NCBI RefSeq assembly: GCF_036321535.1
Contig: NC_087452.1
Coordinates: 6,076,001-6,140,000, forward strand
Source of the DNA: Camelus dromedarius
Lineage: Eukaryota
Length of the DNA stretch: 64,000 bases
Direction: 5' to 3'
The position numbers and the translations under genes are program-made. Below are positions 24,721-38,461 of the stretch, piece by piece; positions within the stretch are counted from its first letter, which is position 1, and every line of letters starts with the position of its first letter. Under the pieces are notes generated by a model. That model saw only the letters and a list, made by a program, of their open reading frames with translations. It did no database searches and had not been told where the DNA came from.

Positions 24721-26689
24721 TGTTTTGTCATGTTTTAATAGCAAAGGGGAGAAGGGGATTATTTCCTTTAATTTTTTTTTCTTTTTTCCCCCCTATATAT
24801 TTGACTTTCCTTGACTCACTTTTTGTTTTCGTACCTTGAAATATGCTCACTGGGGGTGGGAGCTGTAGGAGGAAATGCGAAGCTGTACACGCATCCAAAA
24901 AAGTCTGGAAGAACATGTACCAAAATACATTACCACTTTTTGTCTGACTGATGGGAGCAGGGCTGGGATGGATTTGTTAGTAGTGCCCGCCCAGCACTGC
25001 TATTTCCTTTAGGCAAGATAGCCGTCTTCAGTCCTTGTGATTTTAGTGTGGCTGACCATTAAAGCGCACTTACCCGGTACAGTACCTCACTCCCCAGCCA
25101 ACAGTTATGGGGGTAAAGGGGTAGACATGTTGCTCCAGCAGAGCCCATCAGAGTCCTTCCTGAGACTGACACACGTGAAACTGGGTGTAGCTCTCCTTTG
25201 GCCCGGCTCAGCTGGAAAGCCAGGACTGCTTCATACCAGGCTTCCTGCCAGGTAGAGATCACTCTGCAGGGGAGAGGAAGCCAAGGTGTAAAGAGAAATG
25301 GAGACAAGGAGAGGTGAGAGAAAGCAAATCCTGTGAGTACTGTGTCTCCAACTCCAGTCTCAGACCCTGATCCACGGTGTCCTTCCTTCAGTCTTGCCTC
25401 TGTCATAGTGAGCCATAGGTTTCTCTTTGGTGAAGCTGGCTTAGTTTGGAATTCTCTTACTTGACAAGTGAAAGAATCTAGCCTGTGGCAATGAGACTTG
25501 GGGGATGGAAATTGTCCCTTAGCACCTGTCCCTGGATGAATCAGGTCCCTTCTCTGAGCCTCAGTTTACACTAAAGTAAAAGTAAAGTCTACCTGTCATA
25601 TTTTGAACCCCAATGGTATTCCAGGCACTTCACATCCATTATCTCCTAGAATTCTCAGGAGAATTCTAAGTCAGTCATCAATATTTCCATTTTTCAAACG
25701 AAGAAATTAAGGCTCAGAGAGGTAAAAGTGTGACTCAGATAAGTCAGTCTCTAAAGCCTTTCCGGGAACCTCAGCCATCCTCCCCTCTCACTGTGAAATG
25801 GGCCTAATAAACGGACCTTTCTCAGACATAGTCCTGAAGATAAGAGAGGGGAAAACCAGTTGAAACTGAGTTGGAGTAAGCACTGTCGTTTCCCCATCTC
25901 CAGCAGGAAAATGCAGGACTTCAAGACTGGGAGCAGCACTGGGAGGTGATGGAGGTGGAGGGGGTGGGTCTTCAGCAACAAGCCTTCTCTGGCCCCACCG
26001 CTACTTCTTAGGACTTGCTCCCCCACTTCTTCCCAAGGAAGGCTTTGCACAAGAGGACTTCGGTCAAGTCCCTTGGCCCACTGCCTGCCGCCCCAGGAGC
26101 CTGCTTCCCCTCCCTAACCTGGCCCCGAGCCACCGGCCCCTGGCGCCTACCCAGTCACGTGGTCATCCTTGGCCGCTTCCTCTGGGATCCTGATTTAACT
26201 CTCCCTCCTCCCCCTCCCCTCCCAGCCCCAGTCCCTCAGGGCACCACACCGGTTTCGCCCGGCAGGTGTAGGGAATTAAGCCTTAGCTCTGCCTCAGAGA
26301 GGGACTTCGGGCTTCAGTTTTCAAGCCTGTCAAATGGGGTCCTCTCCTACGACTGCCTCAATTCTCTTCATTGCCAACTCTTGCCTAGTCCTTTCCCTAC
26401 TATCTCATCCCTCCACCTCCATCAGTCTCCTAAACCCTTCCCAGGGCGTAATTCCCGTGGCGGGGGCCGGGGGGGAAGGGGTGGATAGAGCCCTTCCCTA
26501 AAGGAGCTCCCAGAACTGGTCTGAAAGAAACTCAGCGAGGCCAAAGGGTGAAACTGGCCAGCTTCCTGCACCACACAGACGGGCTCGAATTCGATTCCGC
26601 TTCTGACCAACTGCTGATTTTGAACCCTTCATCTCTCTGTGCCTCAGTTGTTCCTTCTGTGAAACTGGGACCCTGTCGGGAGACGAAGG

Positions 26690-27070
26690 TTGGGAAGAGT
26701 CCTGCGGAGGACAGGACCTGAACTAAGGGTTCCTTGGGCTCCCCCCGCCCCCTGCGCCCCTTCCCCAGCCCCGGAGCGGAGCCTCACCTCCCAGTCCCTA
26801 GTCCCTCCGGCGCAGGCTCCTCCTCCACTGACATCAGAGCCGCAGGCGGGAGGAGGGAGCCAGCCGAGCCCGAACCGAGCCCCAGCGAGAGAGCGGGCGG
26901 GCGGGCCGGGCGCGCAGCAGCGGCGGCGGGCGTCCGGAGCTCCGCACCAGCCAACTCGGGCTTCCCAGCCAGCCCCGCGGCCGGGCAGCCGCAGGTACAG
27001 CCTGGGAGCCGCGCCGCCCCGACCCGGGGCAGTGACGGGCGGCGGGACCTCTCAGCCGCTGGTGCCTTCC
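26690..27070. promoter_or_regulatory. CAMK1 promoter CpG island
   Basis: CpG-rich block around the non-coding first exon. Confidence 0.85.
26840..26994 (+). other. CAMK1: CAMK1 non-coding exon 1 (start approximate)
   Basis: Ends CCCAGCCAGCCCCGCGGCCGGGCAGCCGCAG|gtacag, like the recalled human exon 1. Confidence 0.8.
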
Positions 27071-28966
27071 CCCAAGGATGGGAGGGGGTGCCTGGGTGTG
27101 CTGGCCTCCAGATGGGCAGAGCTGGGCCTTTCTTCCCCACCTCTGTCCCAGGCCCAGCAGGTGCCAGGCGGCCGGTGGGAAACTGGGTAAAAGAAGAAGG
27201 TGGGGAGGGGTGGGGAGGGCTGTGTGTCTGCATTCAGCAGGGCCTGAATGTGGAAGGACTGGGCATTTGGGGGTGCGGATGTGTGGGGGCTGTGTTTTGG
27301 TATGCGAATGTCTTAGCACAGGAGAGTGAATCAGATATGAAGCTGAGGTATGCTGATGTGTAAGGGTATCTGTCCGGGTGGGGATGTCTGGGAATCAGTA
27401 TTTTTGTCGCAGACGTGTGTCCAGGTGTTGTGTGTGCTGGTATCTGGTTCAAAGGGTAGGAAGTCAGAGTTGGAGGGTATACAATTGTATACTGAGGATA
27501 TTTGGAGTTAGGTGTTTAAGGAGTTGGGGTTGGATTCGGAGTTTAAGAGCTTCTAGGTGTACAGGAGCTGGAGGGTGAAGCATATGAATGAATCTGGAAG
27601 GTCTGGTATACAGGTGAGGGGTGCGTGTGTGTGTCTAGGTTTGATCTTGCTAAGGTGTGTGAGGATGTGTGTTTTGGGGTGTGAGAGAGAGGTCTTGGGG
27701 AGTGTGTTTGGATGTGAGTGCGGATGTCCTGGCGTGCATGTATGATCAGGTGTCAGAGTATCTGGGGATGGAATGTGCTGGATCTGGGGGCAGGTATTTG
27801 GGTTCAGGGGTGTGGGTAAATTTTGGTGTGATGTATCTGGACATAGGGATATGTGTAGAACTGTGAGGGTCATATTTGCTAGGCCTCCAGGTGAGTTTTA
27901 AAACTCTGCCTTCAGATATTGCCATAAAGTCTCCTTTCCTATAAGTTTCTGCCCCTGGGATGGGTGGCCAGCCTCCCCCAACCCTGGGAACAAAGTCCCA
28001 TTCAGGGAGTGCAATCTCACACCAGGGGCTCTAGTCAGGGTACTTTTCCTGAATTTTCCCACAGAAGAAACAGAGAAGGAAAGTGCCCTCCCTGGTCACA
28101 TGGCACGCTGGGCTCTGTTTTGGCCTCTCTGCAAGCCTGCGATGGGGCTGAGAGGCTGTTCTCTGGATGGGTCCCAGTCTGCAAATTGGAAGGACCAACT
28201 AAGGGCAGCCCCCTCCAAGGCCTTTGCCTTCAGCAAGCTTAGCTAGGGTGTCATTGGGCAACTCTGGACCCAGACCCTATCCATGGCCGCCCTCAGTCTC
28301 CCCATTCTCCATCTGATAAATGGGGAGAGAAATCTCACCCTCTACTGCTGGTTGAAAGAGGTCTCAGTGGAGAGAAGTACAGGCTGGATCAGGGTGAGAT
28401 GAAGCCAGGAGGGGACAGGTTGGGCAGGACCATTTCTTAGGCTGCTGGGACCCAGATGGGGAGTCAGGAGGGAGAGGGGGTAACAGGAGGCCTGGGGAGC
28501 TCCAGCTGTGGCTGCTGTTGCTGTGGTAACAGTGCAGAAGGAGCTATTTTAAAACGTGGCTGAGTTATTGCTGGAAGGCTAGGCTGCCGGAAACCTGATT
28601 TCTGAGAGGCCTGGCAGGCAGGAGGAGGGAGAGGAGACACCCCTGCGATACCCAGGGTGGGGCTAGGACATCGCTAGTTCTGGGGACGGGGGGACATTCA
28701 GGGCTGTGTGTTTCTACAAGCTGCTCTGGGGTCTTCTCTGCTGGCCTTCCAGAGGTCAGTGTCCCCCGAGTGTTTGGATTTGGAGAGTGAGAAACTGGAA
28801 GGTGAGCTGAATAAATGAATGAATGAGTGACTTTGTTGAGTAAAGAATTTTGCTGCCACCCGGAAGGATTTTCCTCTACGGATAAGGTTATGCTGAATGG
28901 ATGTTGCTGAGTGAAGAAATGACTAGTGAGTGAATGAATGTTTGTTGAATGATTTTTGTCAAATGA

Positions 28967-29191
<225 letters not shown>

Positions 29192-29559
29192 TGAGTCTCA
29201 GGGCAGGAGCAAAGAGGGAATCGTCCCTGAGCTGGTGGGTTGGGGCGGGGGTAGGGGTGGGGAAGGGCCTCACTCCTGGGCCTGGATGGCTGGGGTGGCT
29301 GAGTCCAGGGTGCTACTTCCTCTGGTCAGTTGATCACTGCTTCCTGTTTCCAGGCCCCATGGTGGCCCTGAATGGCCTGACTGGCCCTGGCTTTTCACTT
29401 CTGGCTGACAGGGGGTGGAACAGGAGCTGCTCTTGCCACAGCTCTGGGTTCCTGTGAAGAGAAGAAAGTAGAAGAGAATGAAGGAGCCAGTTTTTGAAAC
29501 TTGTTGCCAAGAACTGGGGTTTCTGGCCTAGGTTTTGGAACTGAAGCTGGGCATGGCTC

Positions 29560-30110
29560 TTTTCTCAGCTGTAGGAATCCAGAAATGACTCAAACCTGAT
29601 CTTTGCCCCTCAAGTTGATCCCAAACACGTGAGGGAGACAGACGCATGGAAAATGACAACAGGGTGTGGGCTGTGTTCCAGCTAAAGTCGGGAATGTGGA
29701 CTTTGTTGAGCCCAGAGACAGCAGTGGCTTCTGTGTGGGGAAAAACTTTCTGGAGAAGGGGCCATTAGAGCTGGGGACTGAAGGATGGGTAGGAGTGCAC
29801 TTGTCAGAGAGGGAGAAGGCATTCCAGGCAGAAGGAATAGCATAAGCAAAGGCTCAGAGGCATGTTATGTGCAGAAAGAGGTAAAGTCTGGTGGAGCTTA
29901 TAATCAGAGGCTGGGAGAAGTGTGAAAGAAGAGGCTGAGAAGAGAGAGAAAACAGGTCATATAAGGCCTTGAAAGCCAAGCTAAGGAGACTGGACTTAAT
30001 CCTACAAGCCATAGGAAGACATTTAAGACTTTTTGGCAGATTTGCAATTCAGTTGGAGATGGACAAGACCAGAAATCAGCAGTGAGGCTATTACAGTCAC
30101 TAGTTATTCT
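29560..30110 (-). mobile_element. L2 LINE relic
   Basis: gcattccaggcagaagg...aggccttgaaagccaagctaaggag motif. Confidence 0.6.
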
Positions 30111-30267
30111 GATGATTGAGATTTCACCATGAGAGATGATTTTCTTTATGACTTCTTAACCCAGGGAAAGCAAAGAGTCCTCGAAAGAATACTCTAGTAA
30201 ACTCTTCTTAATCAGTGAACTTTAATGCAAGTGAGTGTGTTTGTTCCTTTCTAAGAGCCTGTTAGAA

Positions 30268-30395
30268 ACACTTCTCAAACTTCAGTGAGCATACACCAGA
30301 GGATCTTGTTAAAAGGCAGATTCTGATTTAATATGGTGGGTGGGTGGGGCCTGAGACTCCACACTTCTAAATAGTTCCCAGGTGATGTTGATGGT
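30268..30395 (-). mobile_element. MER5A-like hAT-Charlie fragment
   Basis: ttctcaaacttcag...ttctaaatagttcccaggtgatgttgatg resembles the recalled consensus. Confidence 0.7.
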
Positions 30396-30741
30396 TCTTC
30401 ATTGTTCTAAAGGGAGTTAAATAAGCCATGACTCAAATTGGCTTCTGCAGAGAAAGGAATGAATCTGTCATGCACATAATAAAAAGCCTAGTGGGTAAAC
30501 TTTAGGAACGGCTGAATCCAGGGGCTCACATGATGTTATCAGGAAATTGTCTTTGACTGTTTCTCAGCTCTGATTTCCTTTGTGTTGGCTTCATTCTCAA
30601 GCAGGGTCTCCCCCAGTGATAGCAAAGATGCTCCAGGTTTACATCCTAGTAGCTTAGCAGGAAAGAGCACCTACCTCGTTCTCAAAGTGCCAGTAACCTG
30701 GCTTACATCACAGGACCCAATTACTGTGGCCAGGGGATAGA

Positions 30742-31080
<339 letters not shown>

Positions 31081-31559
31081 TAACCCCTCCCGTTCTCCTC
31101 CTACCTGTGCTTTGGGCCAATCATCTAACCTCTCTGAGCCTCAAATTGCTCATGTGTAAAATGGGGTCATAATCTCCACTTGGTAGGGGTGTAGAGCGCA
31201 TCAGAGGTCCTTTATTCCAAGTGCCTGGCACAACAGCTAACATGACAGATGTGACTGAGATGCCACTGCTTATTTACCGTAATTTAAAGTCCAATCAGAT
31301 CTAAAAGTCAATCCTTGACCTTATCTTGAACCCATTTATCTCAACTGATGTTGTCTCTAGATCTACCTCACGTTCTCCCCACATATTAAAACACTCAGCA
31401 AGTTTAAAAATGCCTGTCTGCTGGCGCCCTGACTCAATCAACAACCACGTGGTCTCTGAATTGATCATGCTGATGGGAAACCTGCTGCCCTCGCTGTAAA
31501 GCTTATATACAATCTTCACTTCCAGCCTCTCCCCTGAGCTTTCCAACCACCCTGGGCAG

Positions 31560-31860
31560 GGATGAAATAATCATTTCCACTATTGGTCATGGAGATTGAG
31601 GCCCAGAGAGGGCAGTGGACTTAACTTGCCCAAGGTCACACAGCAAGTCTGTGGCAGAGCCAGATCTTCCATCAAACTCAGTCACCATCACTGGTTCATT
31701 TACTGAGTGTTTACTGTGTGCCAGACACTGTGCCAAGATTCTTACCTGCATTTTCTCAAGTGATCCTCACCCCAGCACTCTGAGAGAAGTACTCTCATTG
31801 GCTTCATATTACAGATGAAGACACTGAGGCTCAGAGGGGTTACACTCAATTCAATGACTA
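31560..31860 (-). mobile_element. MIR SINE pair
   Basis: gattgaggcccagagagg...ttgcccaaggtcacacagc; ttacagatgaagacactgaggctcagag. Confidence 0.75.
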
Positions 31861-32176
31861 CTGGTGAGCAGCTTCTCTGCACCCGGTGCTGGAGGAACAA
31901 TGGTGAGCAGGTTAAGGCTCCCAGTCTCATGAGGATGATGTTCCAGTGGGGAGGCTGACAAATTTATAAACACAGATGTTAAAATCATATACTGATCAGT
32001 GCTATGAGGTGCTGAAAAGACTTGCCCCCCCATCCCCCAGCATGAGGCAGAGGCAGATGAGGACCCAGGTCTGTCCAGTGCCAGAGCCCAGTGTTAACCT
32101 CTGTGCCCTCCTGCTCCTGCTACACTATAATAAATCATGGTAAATCAGCTTTTCCGTTTGGGACCCAGATCATTGA

Positions 32177-33233
<1,057 letters not shown>

Positions 33234-33349
33234 TGAGTGGGGGCTTGGCCACGGGGGACGTGGCTCTAAAGTTCTCCTCTCCCCTACTTTGCTCTCTTCT
33301 TCCTCTCTGCTATTTCTTCCTTCCTGCCATCCACATTTATATCTATCAA

Positions 33350-33800
33350 TCAATGACTAACATTTCATTCAATAGATACTAGGTTTCTGGCACTGTGTGC
33401 AGCACTGGAGATTTAGCAGAGAGCAAACAGACAAAGTGCCTGTCCTCAGGGAGCAGACACTCTAGTACGAGAGACAGACCATAAACAAGTAAATAAATCT
33501 ATAAAATAATGTCAGGTGGTAAGAAATATTATGAAGAAAAAGCCAGCAGGGTAGGGAGATGGGGATGGGATGCTATTTTAGAGGAGGAGGTCAGGGAGGC
33601 CCTTCTGAGGAGGTGGCATTTGAGTGGCATCCTGAATGAAGTGAGGGAGCCAGACACTGAGGTGTGGAGGGAGAGTGGTTTAGGCAGACAGAACAGCAAG
33701 TACAAAGGTCTTGAGGGAGGAGAGATGGTGGCGTGTTAAGGAACAGAAAGCCAGTGTAGCTGGACAGGAGTGAGCAAGGCAGAGAGGGGTAGGTTTCCCT
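33350..33800 (-). mobile_element. L2 LINE 3' fragment
   Basis: cattcattcaatagatact...aacagacaaag...gcaagtacaaaggtcttgag motif. Confidence 0.7.
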
Positions 33801-33902
33801 CCTTTGTAAAGGGGGAAACTCCTTCCGGCGGGTCCTGCCTGACCCTTAAAACTGCCCCAAGCTCCATCCCGGAGCCAATGCGTGCACTGAAAGTGGAAAT
33901 GA

Positions 33903-34337
<435 letters not shown>

Positions 34338-34478
34338 TAGCCATTATCAATCATTTACACATCAGTGTAAATACACAGAGTATAATATGTTTTCCTTAAG
34401 GGAGAGAGGAGAGTGCTGGAGGGCTGGGGTGGGGCAGGGGCTTAGAGAAAGAGGACAGAGGGGTGGGGCGGTGCATAG

Positions 34479-34667
<189 letters not shown>

Positions 34668-34734
34668 TGAGAGCTCCTACAAGCTGTGGGCTGGGGGTGT
34701 GTGGGGCCCCCAGGCCTGCCTCTGCCTTCACTGA

Positions 34735-34863
<129 letters not shown>

Positions 34864-34959
34864 TAGACCTGGGTCCCAGCCTCCCCAGGCCTCCCCCCCA
34901 CTCCCATCCAGGCCTCAGCTCACACAGCAGCTACCACCAAGTGGCGCACACAGTCAATG

Positions 34960-35760
34960 CTCCGCGATGCTACTGAAGAAACGCATTCACTCATTTAGTG
35001 CTCCGTGACACCTACTCTACTCCAGTGATGGTCTGTGACTTCCAAGTCTAGAGGGAGAACAGCGTATAATTCTTAAGGAGACATCTAATCCAAGCTACGG
35101 GGTCCTTGAAGGGGTATAAAGGTGGTAAGGACATGATAGACTTGTTGGACTGACAGCCAAGTAGGAATTAGTCAGGCACAGCAGAATGAGGTCTGCGGCA
35201 GAGGGAACTAGTGTGCAGAGGGCCAGGGGCAAGAGGGAGTGTGGTCATTCAGGGCAGTGCAAGTGCTAAGCCTGGCTGGACTGGAGGGGCTACAGGGAGG
35301 AGCCCAGGCTGGAGACACAGGTTGGGGCCAGGCTGCTTGGGGGCTCGAGGGCCACGGTGGAGCACTGATGTGATCCTGAGGGCGCCGAGGAGCCCCAGGA
35401 TTTTCAGCAGGAACTTGCCCTTTAGAAAGGATGCAGAGATGCACAGAGGGAAGGTTGGGAGACCCCTTAGGGGGCTGTGGCAGAGGTGTAGTCAGGAGAC
35501 GGTGAGGGCTTGGACCAGAGCAGTGGCAATGGGAACAGAGAACACTGGTTGGTTCAGAAGTCGTTTGGGAGGCAAAATTGACAAGAAGTGATGGTAAGAA
35601 TCAATGTTGGGGGAGAGAGGAGGAGATATCCAGGGCTGGCCTAAGATTCTGGTTAGGGACAAGGTGGATAGTGATCACAGGGGCAGAAACTTGTTTTGGA
35701 GGATGACTGGTTTGGGATATGGTGATTTTGGGGGACAGCTCTGTGGATAGGTTGAACAGA
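34960..35760 (-). mobile_element. L2 LINE relic
   Basis: cattcactcatttagtgc...agggctggcctaagattctgg motif. Confidence 0.55.
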
Positions 35761-36200
35761 GAATGCTACATACACATCTGGGCAAGTTACTTAACCTCTC
35801 TGTGCCTTGGTCTCCTCCTTTGACAACGGTGACAGTAATAGTGCCCACCTCAAAGACATTCGTGAAGATTAAGTGGATTACTATGTAAAGTGCTTAGAAT
35901 AATGCCTGACACATAATGCTATATGAAGTGTTTACTATTGTGTGAATACAAATTAATTATATATAAAGTTATATATGTCTGTTTATATAGATATACTTTT
36001 ATATATGTGTGAGTGTGTGTCAATATATAATACAGCTGAATATAATTTAATAAAATCTTGTAGAGGTTTCAGGGGTTTTTAGGGGATCAACCAATATCCC
36101 CTGAATGAAAACAACAGAACCGCGGCAAGAATTCCACCACCAGACCCCGCCCCACAATTCCCCACTCTCTCAGAAGTCCCTCTCCCTCTTGTCCCCGCAG

Positions 36201-36318
36201 CAAGCCTTCAATGCCACGGCCGTGGTGCGGCACATGAGGAAGCTACAGCTGGGCACCAGCCAGGATGGGCAGGGACAGACGGCGAGCCACGGGGAGCTGC
36301 TGACATCAGCAGCCGGGG
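36201..36318 (+). CDS. CAMK1: CAMK1 exon 11 (QAFNATAV...SAAG)
   Basis: 118 nt, ag/gt flanks. Confidence 0.96.
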
Positions 36319-36422
36319 GTGAGGACCAGGGCTCTGTGGAAGGGTGTGGGCGGTCCACAGAGGGCACCTGGGCCAGAGTGCACTGTCTAATACAGCCAGC
36401 TCTGCTGTCTCTCCCTTTGTAG

Positions 36423-36517
36423 GGCCAGCGGCTGGCTGCTGCTGTCGAGACTGCTGCGTGGAGCCTGGCCCAGAACTGCCCCCCACGATGCCCCCCACGC
36501 TGCCCCCCCAGCTCTAG
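36423..36517 (+). CDS. CAMK1: CAMK1 last exon (GPAAGCCCRDCC...PPQL*)
   Basis: TAG at 36515-36517; total 374 aa. Confidence 0.95.
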
Positions 36518-36670
36518 GGGCTTGGATCCGGGGTCAGGAGCCCCTGTGTGGGAAGGGTCAGGGGCAGCCTGCTCCCCCTCCCTCCCTGAACTGGCAGGTT
36601 ACCCGGCCCCCCTCCCTGCACCCCTTTCCCTACCACACCTCCACTGCATTTTCCATACAAATGTTTCTAT

Positions 36671-36676
36671 TTTATT
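36671..36676 (-). terminator. OGG1: OGG1 (alpha/1a) poly(A) signal AATAAA
   Basis: tttatt on the + strand; first hexamer after the OGG1 stop. Confidence 0.75.
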
Positions 36677-36688
36677 GTTCCTTCTTGT

Positions 36689-36694
36689 AATAAA
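36689..36694 (+). terminator. CAMK1: CAMK1 poly(A) signal AATAAA
   Basis: First AATAAA after the stop. Confidence 0.8.
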
Positions 36695-36894
36695 GGGAAG
36701 AGGTTAAAACCACAGGTAGCTCTGTTTCCCCTGACAATCCACACCCTATATTGTTGAGCAAACTGCTTGATTTGAGGGTGCCTGATCCCTGTGGTAGTTG
36801 CAGGGAGCCCCCTTTCCAACAAGACCGGACTGGGGAGAGAAGTGCGGGATGGAGGGGGAGGTGTTTGGGGAATCCCTGTATCCAGTGCCCCCAC

Positions 36895-36984
36895 CTAGCC
36901 TTCCGGCCCCATGCGTCTCTTTCTGCGCTTTGCTGGTGGCTCCTGAGCTCGGCGGGTGTGGCGCAGGTCAGCACTGAACAGCAC
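36895..36984 (-). CDS. OGG1: OGG1 exon 7 (VLFSADLR...PAKRRKRRMGPEG*), nuclear localisation signal
   Basis: 90 nt, cctcag acceptor, TAG; total 345 aa. Confidence 0.96.
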   Translation of the reverse strand: MLFSADLRHTRRAQEPPAKRRKRRMGPEG

Positions 36985-37173
36985 CTGAGGGGAGTGGGGG
37001 GGACTCAGAGGGCACACTGGGCTCAGGGCCAGTGGGGCTGGCGGCAGTGTAGGGAGCTAGAAGCGCTCATGAGGGACAGGGCCAGGGCAACGAGAGTCCA
37101 CTGGACTCAGGGCTGGGGGAGAAGTTGTATAGGGTCTGGGCTAGAGGAGGAAGGGACACCTAGGGACACTCAC

Positions 37174-37223
37174 TGCTTGGGCCCAGCCAGCATAAGGTCC
37201 CCACAGGCTCCGGAAAAAGTTTC
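37174..37223 (-). CDS. OGG1: OGG1 exon 6 ([16 protein letters not shown])
   Basis: 50 nt, gtgagt donor. Confidence 0.96.
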
Positions 37224-37362
37224 CTAAACCAGAAGTGATGAGGTGACATTAATTGGCCCCTCCGGCTCCCCACCCACAAGGGTGGGGCTTCAGGGAGAGG
37301 TGTGGGAAGTTCCCACCACCTCAGCCCACTGCCAGCCCTGACAGCCCGCTCTCTCTCCTTAC

Positions 37363-37513
37363 CCAGTTCCTTGTTGGCTTGGGGGCTCGGACCTTTGGCC
37401 TGGGTGGTAGTGGGGTGCCAGCTGTAGTCACGCTGGGCGATCTGCCACATGTGGATGTCCACAGGCACAGCCTGGGGCTTGTCTAGGGCCATCAAGCAGA
37501 TGCAGTCGGCCAC
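37363..37513 (-). CDS. OGG1: OGG1 exon 5 (VADCICL...VPVDIH...KELG), contains Asp268
   Basis: 151 nt; HhH-GPD motif. Confidence 0.97.
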
Positions 37514-38279
37514 CTTTGATAGATACAGAGTGAGCCACAGAGGAGGAATGGCAGGACCCAGCCAGCAACTTCCTTCTAACCCCAAAGCCAGCTGCTTCCT
37601 TCTCTATACTGAAGTTACTATTATTGTATTTTCTATTAATAATTTAAAAAGCAGCTATGATGAGAGTGCTGGCTTTCTGCAGACAAGAAAACTGAGATTC
37701 TGAAGGGTGAAGTGACTTGGCCAAAGTTACACTGCTAGGAAGAGTCATAACCAAGATTTACTGCTGGGCTGGAGTTCAGGGCCAATTAAAAATGGTTCTT
37801 TAAACAAAAACTCATTTCTAAACTACACAGAACTATAAAAAAGAAACCACTAAATGCCAAATTTCTAATTATCTTACTGATAGCTAACCCTGTTGATATT
37901 AAACAAAAAGTTTTATAAGTACGTATAATTTTAAGAGAAGAACAAGATGAAAAGTGGAAACATCTCATCTGTCTTCCCAAAGGAAACCATTCTTAAGTTT
38001 CCTGTAATTCCTTCCAGAAATTTCCACATACATATAGCAGTGTATATATGTACTTGAACAAATGGTTTTTCTAAAAATGCATTCAAAGTGCAATCAATGT
38101 CTTTTATACCTTTGCAGCACTCTGCATTTTCTCTAATAAAACATCTGCTGGTATCCTTTATCCTTCCCGCTCTGCCTCCAGAAGCCAAGCCCACATTCAA
38201 CTTTCAGGCCTGCCTTGTCTCCAGCTCTGCCACTCTCTGCATGGGTGGTAAGGCCAGCTCCTACCCCCTGGGGCCTCAC

Positions 38280-38461
38280 CTTGGTGCCTACCCCTGGCAG
38301 GGTGCAGAGGGCCTTGTGTGCCTCCTCGTAGGGGGCCTTGCGCAGCTGCTGCAGCCAGGGAAGTCCGCCCCGTTCTTCCAGGATGGCTCGGGCACTGGCA
38401 CTCACGTAACGGGCACGGTACCCCAGGCCCAACTTTCTGAGCTGAGCTTCCACCTCCGGCC
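38280..38461 (-). CDS. OGG1: OGG1 exon 4 (PEVEAQL...LPGVGTK), catalytic Lys249
   Basis: 182 nt, ag/gt flanks. Confidence 0.97.

Noticed and set aside
34934-34947. CTCF-like CCACCAAGTGGCGC in CAMK1 intron 10
   Set aside because: Mismatch at a highly conserved G of the core; too weak without ChIP data.
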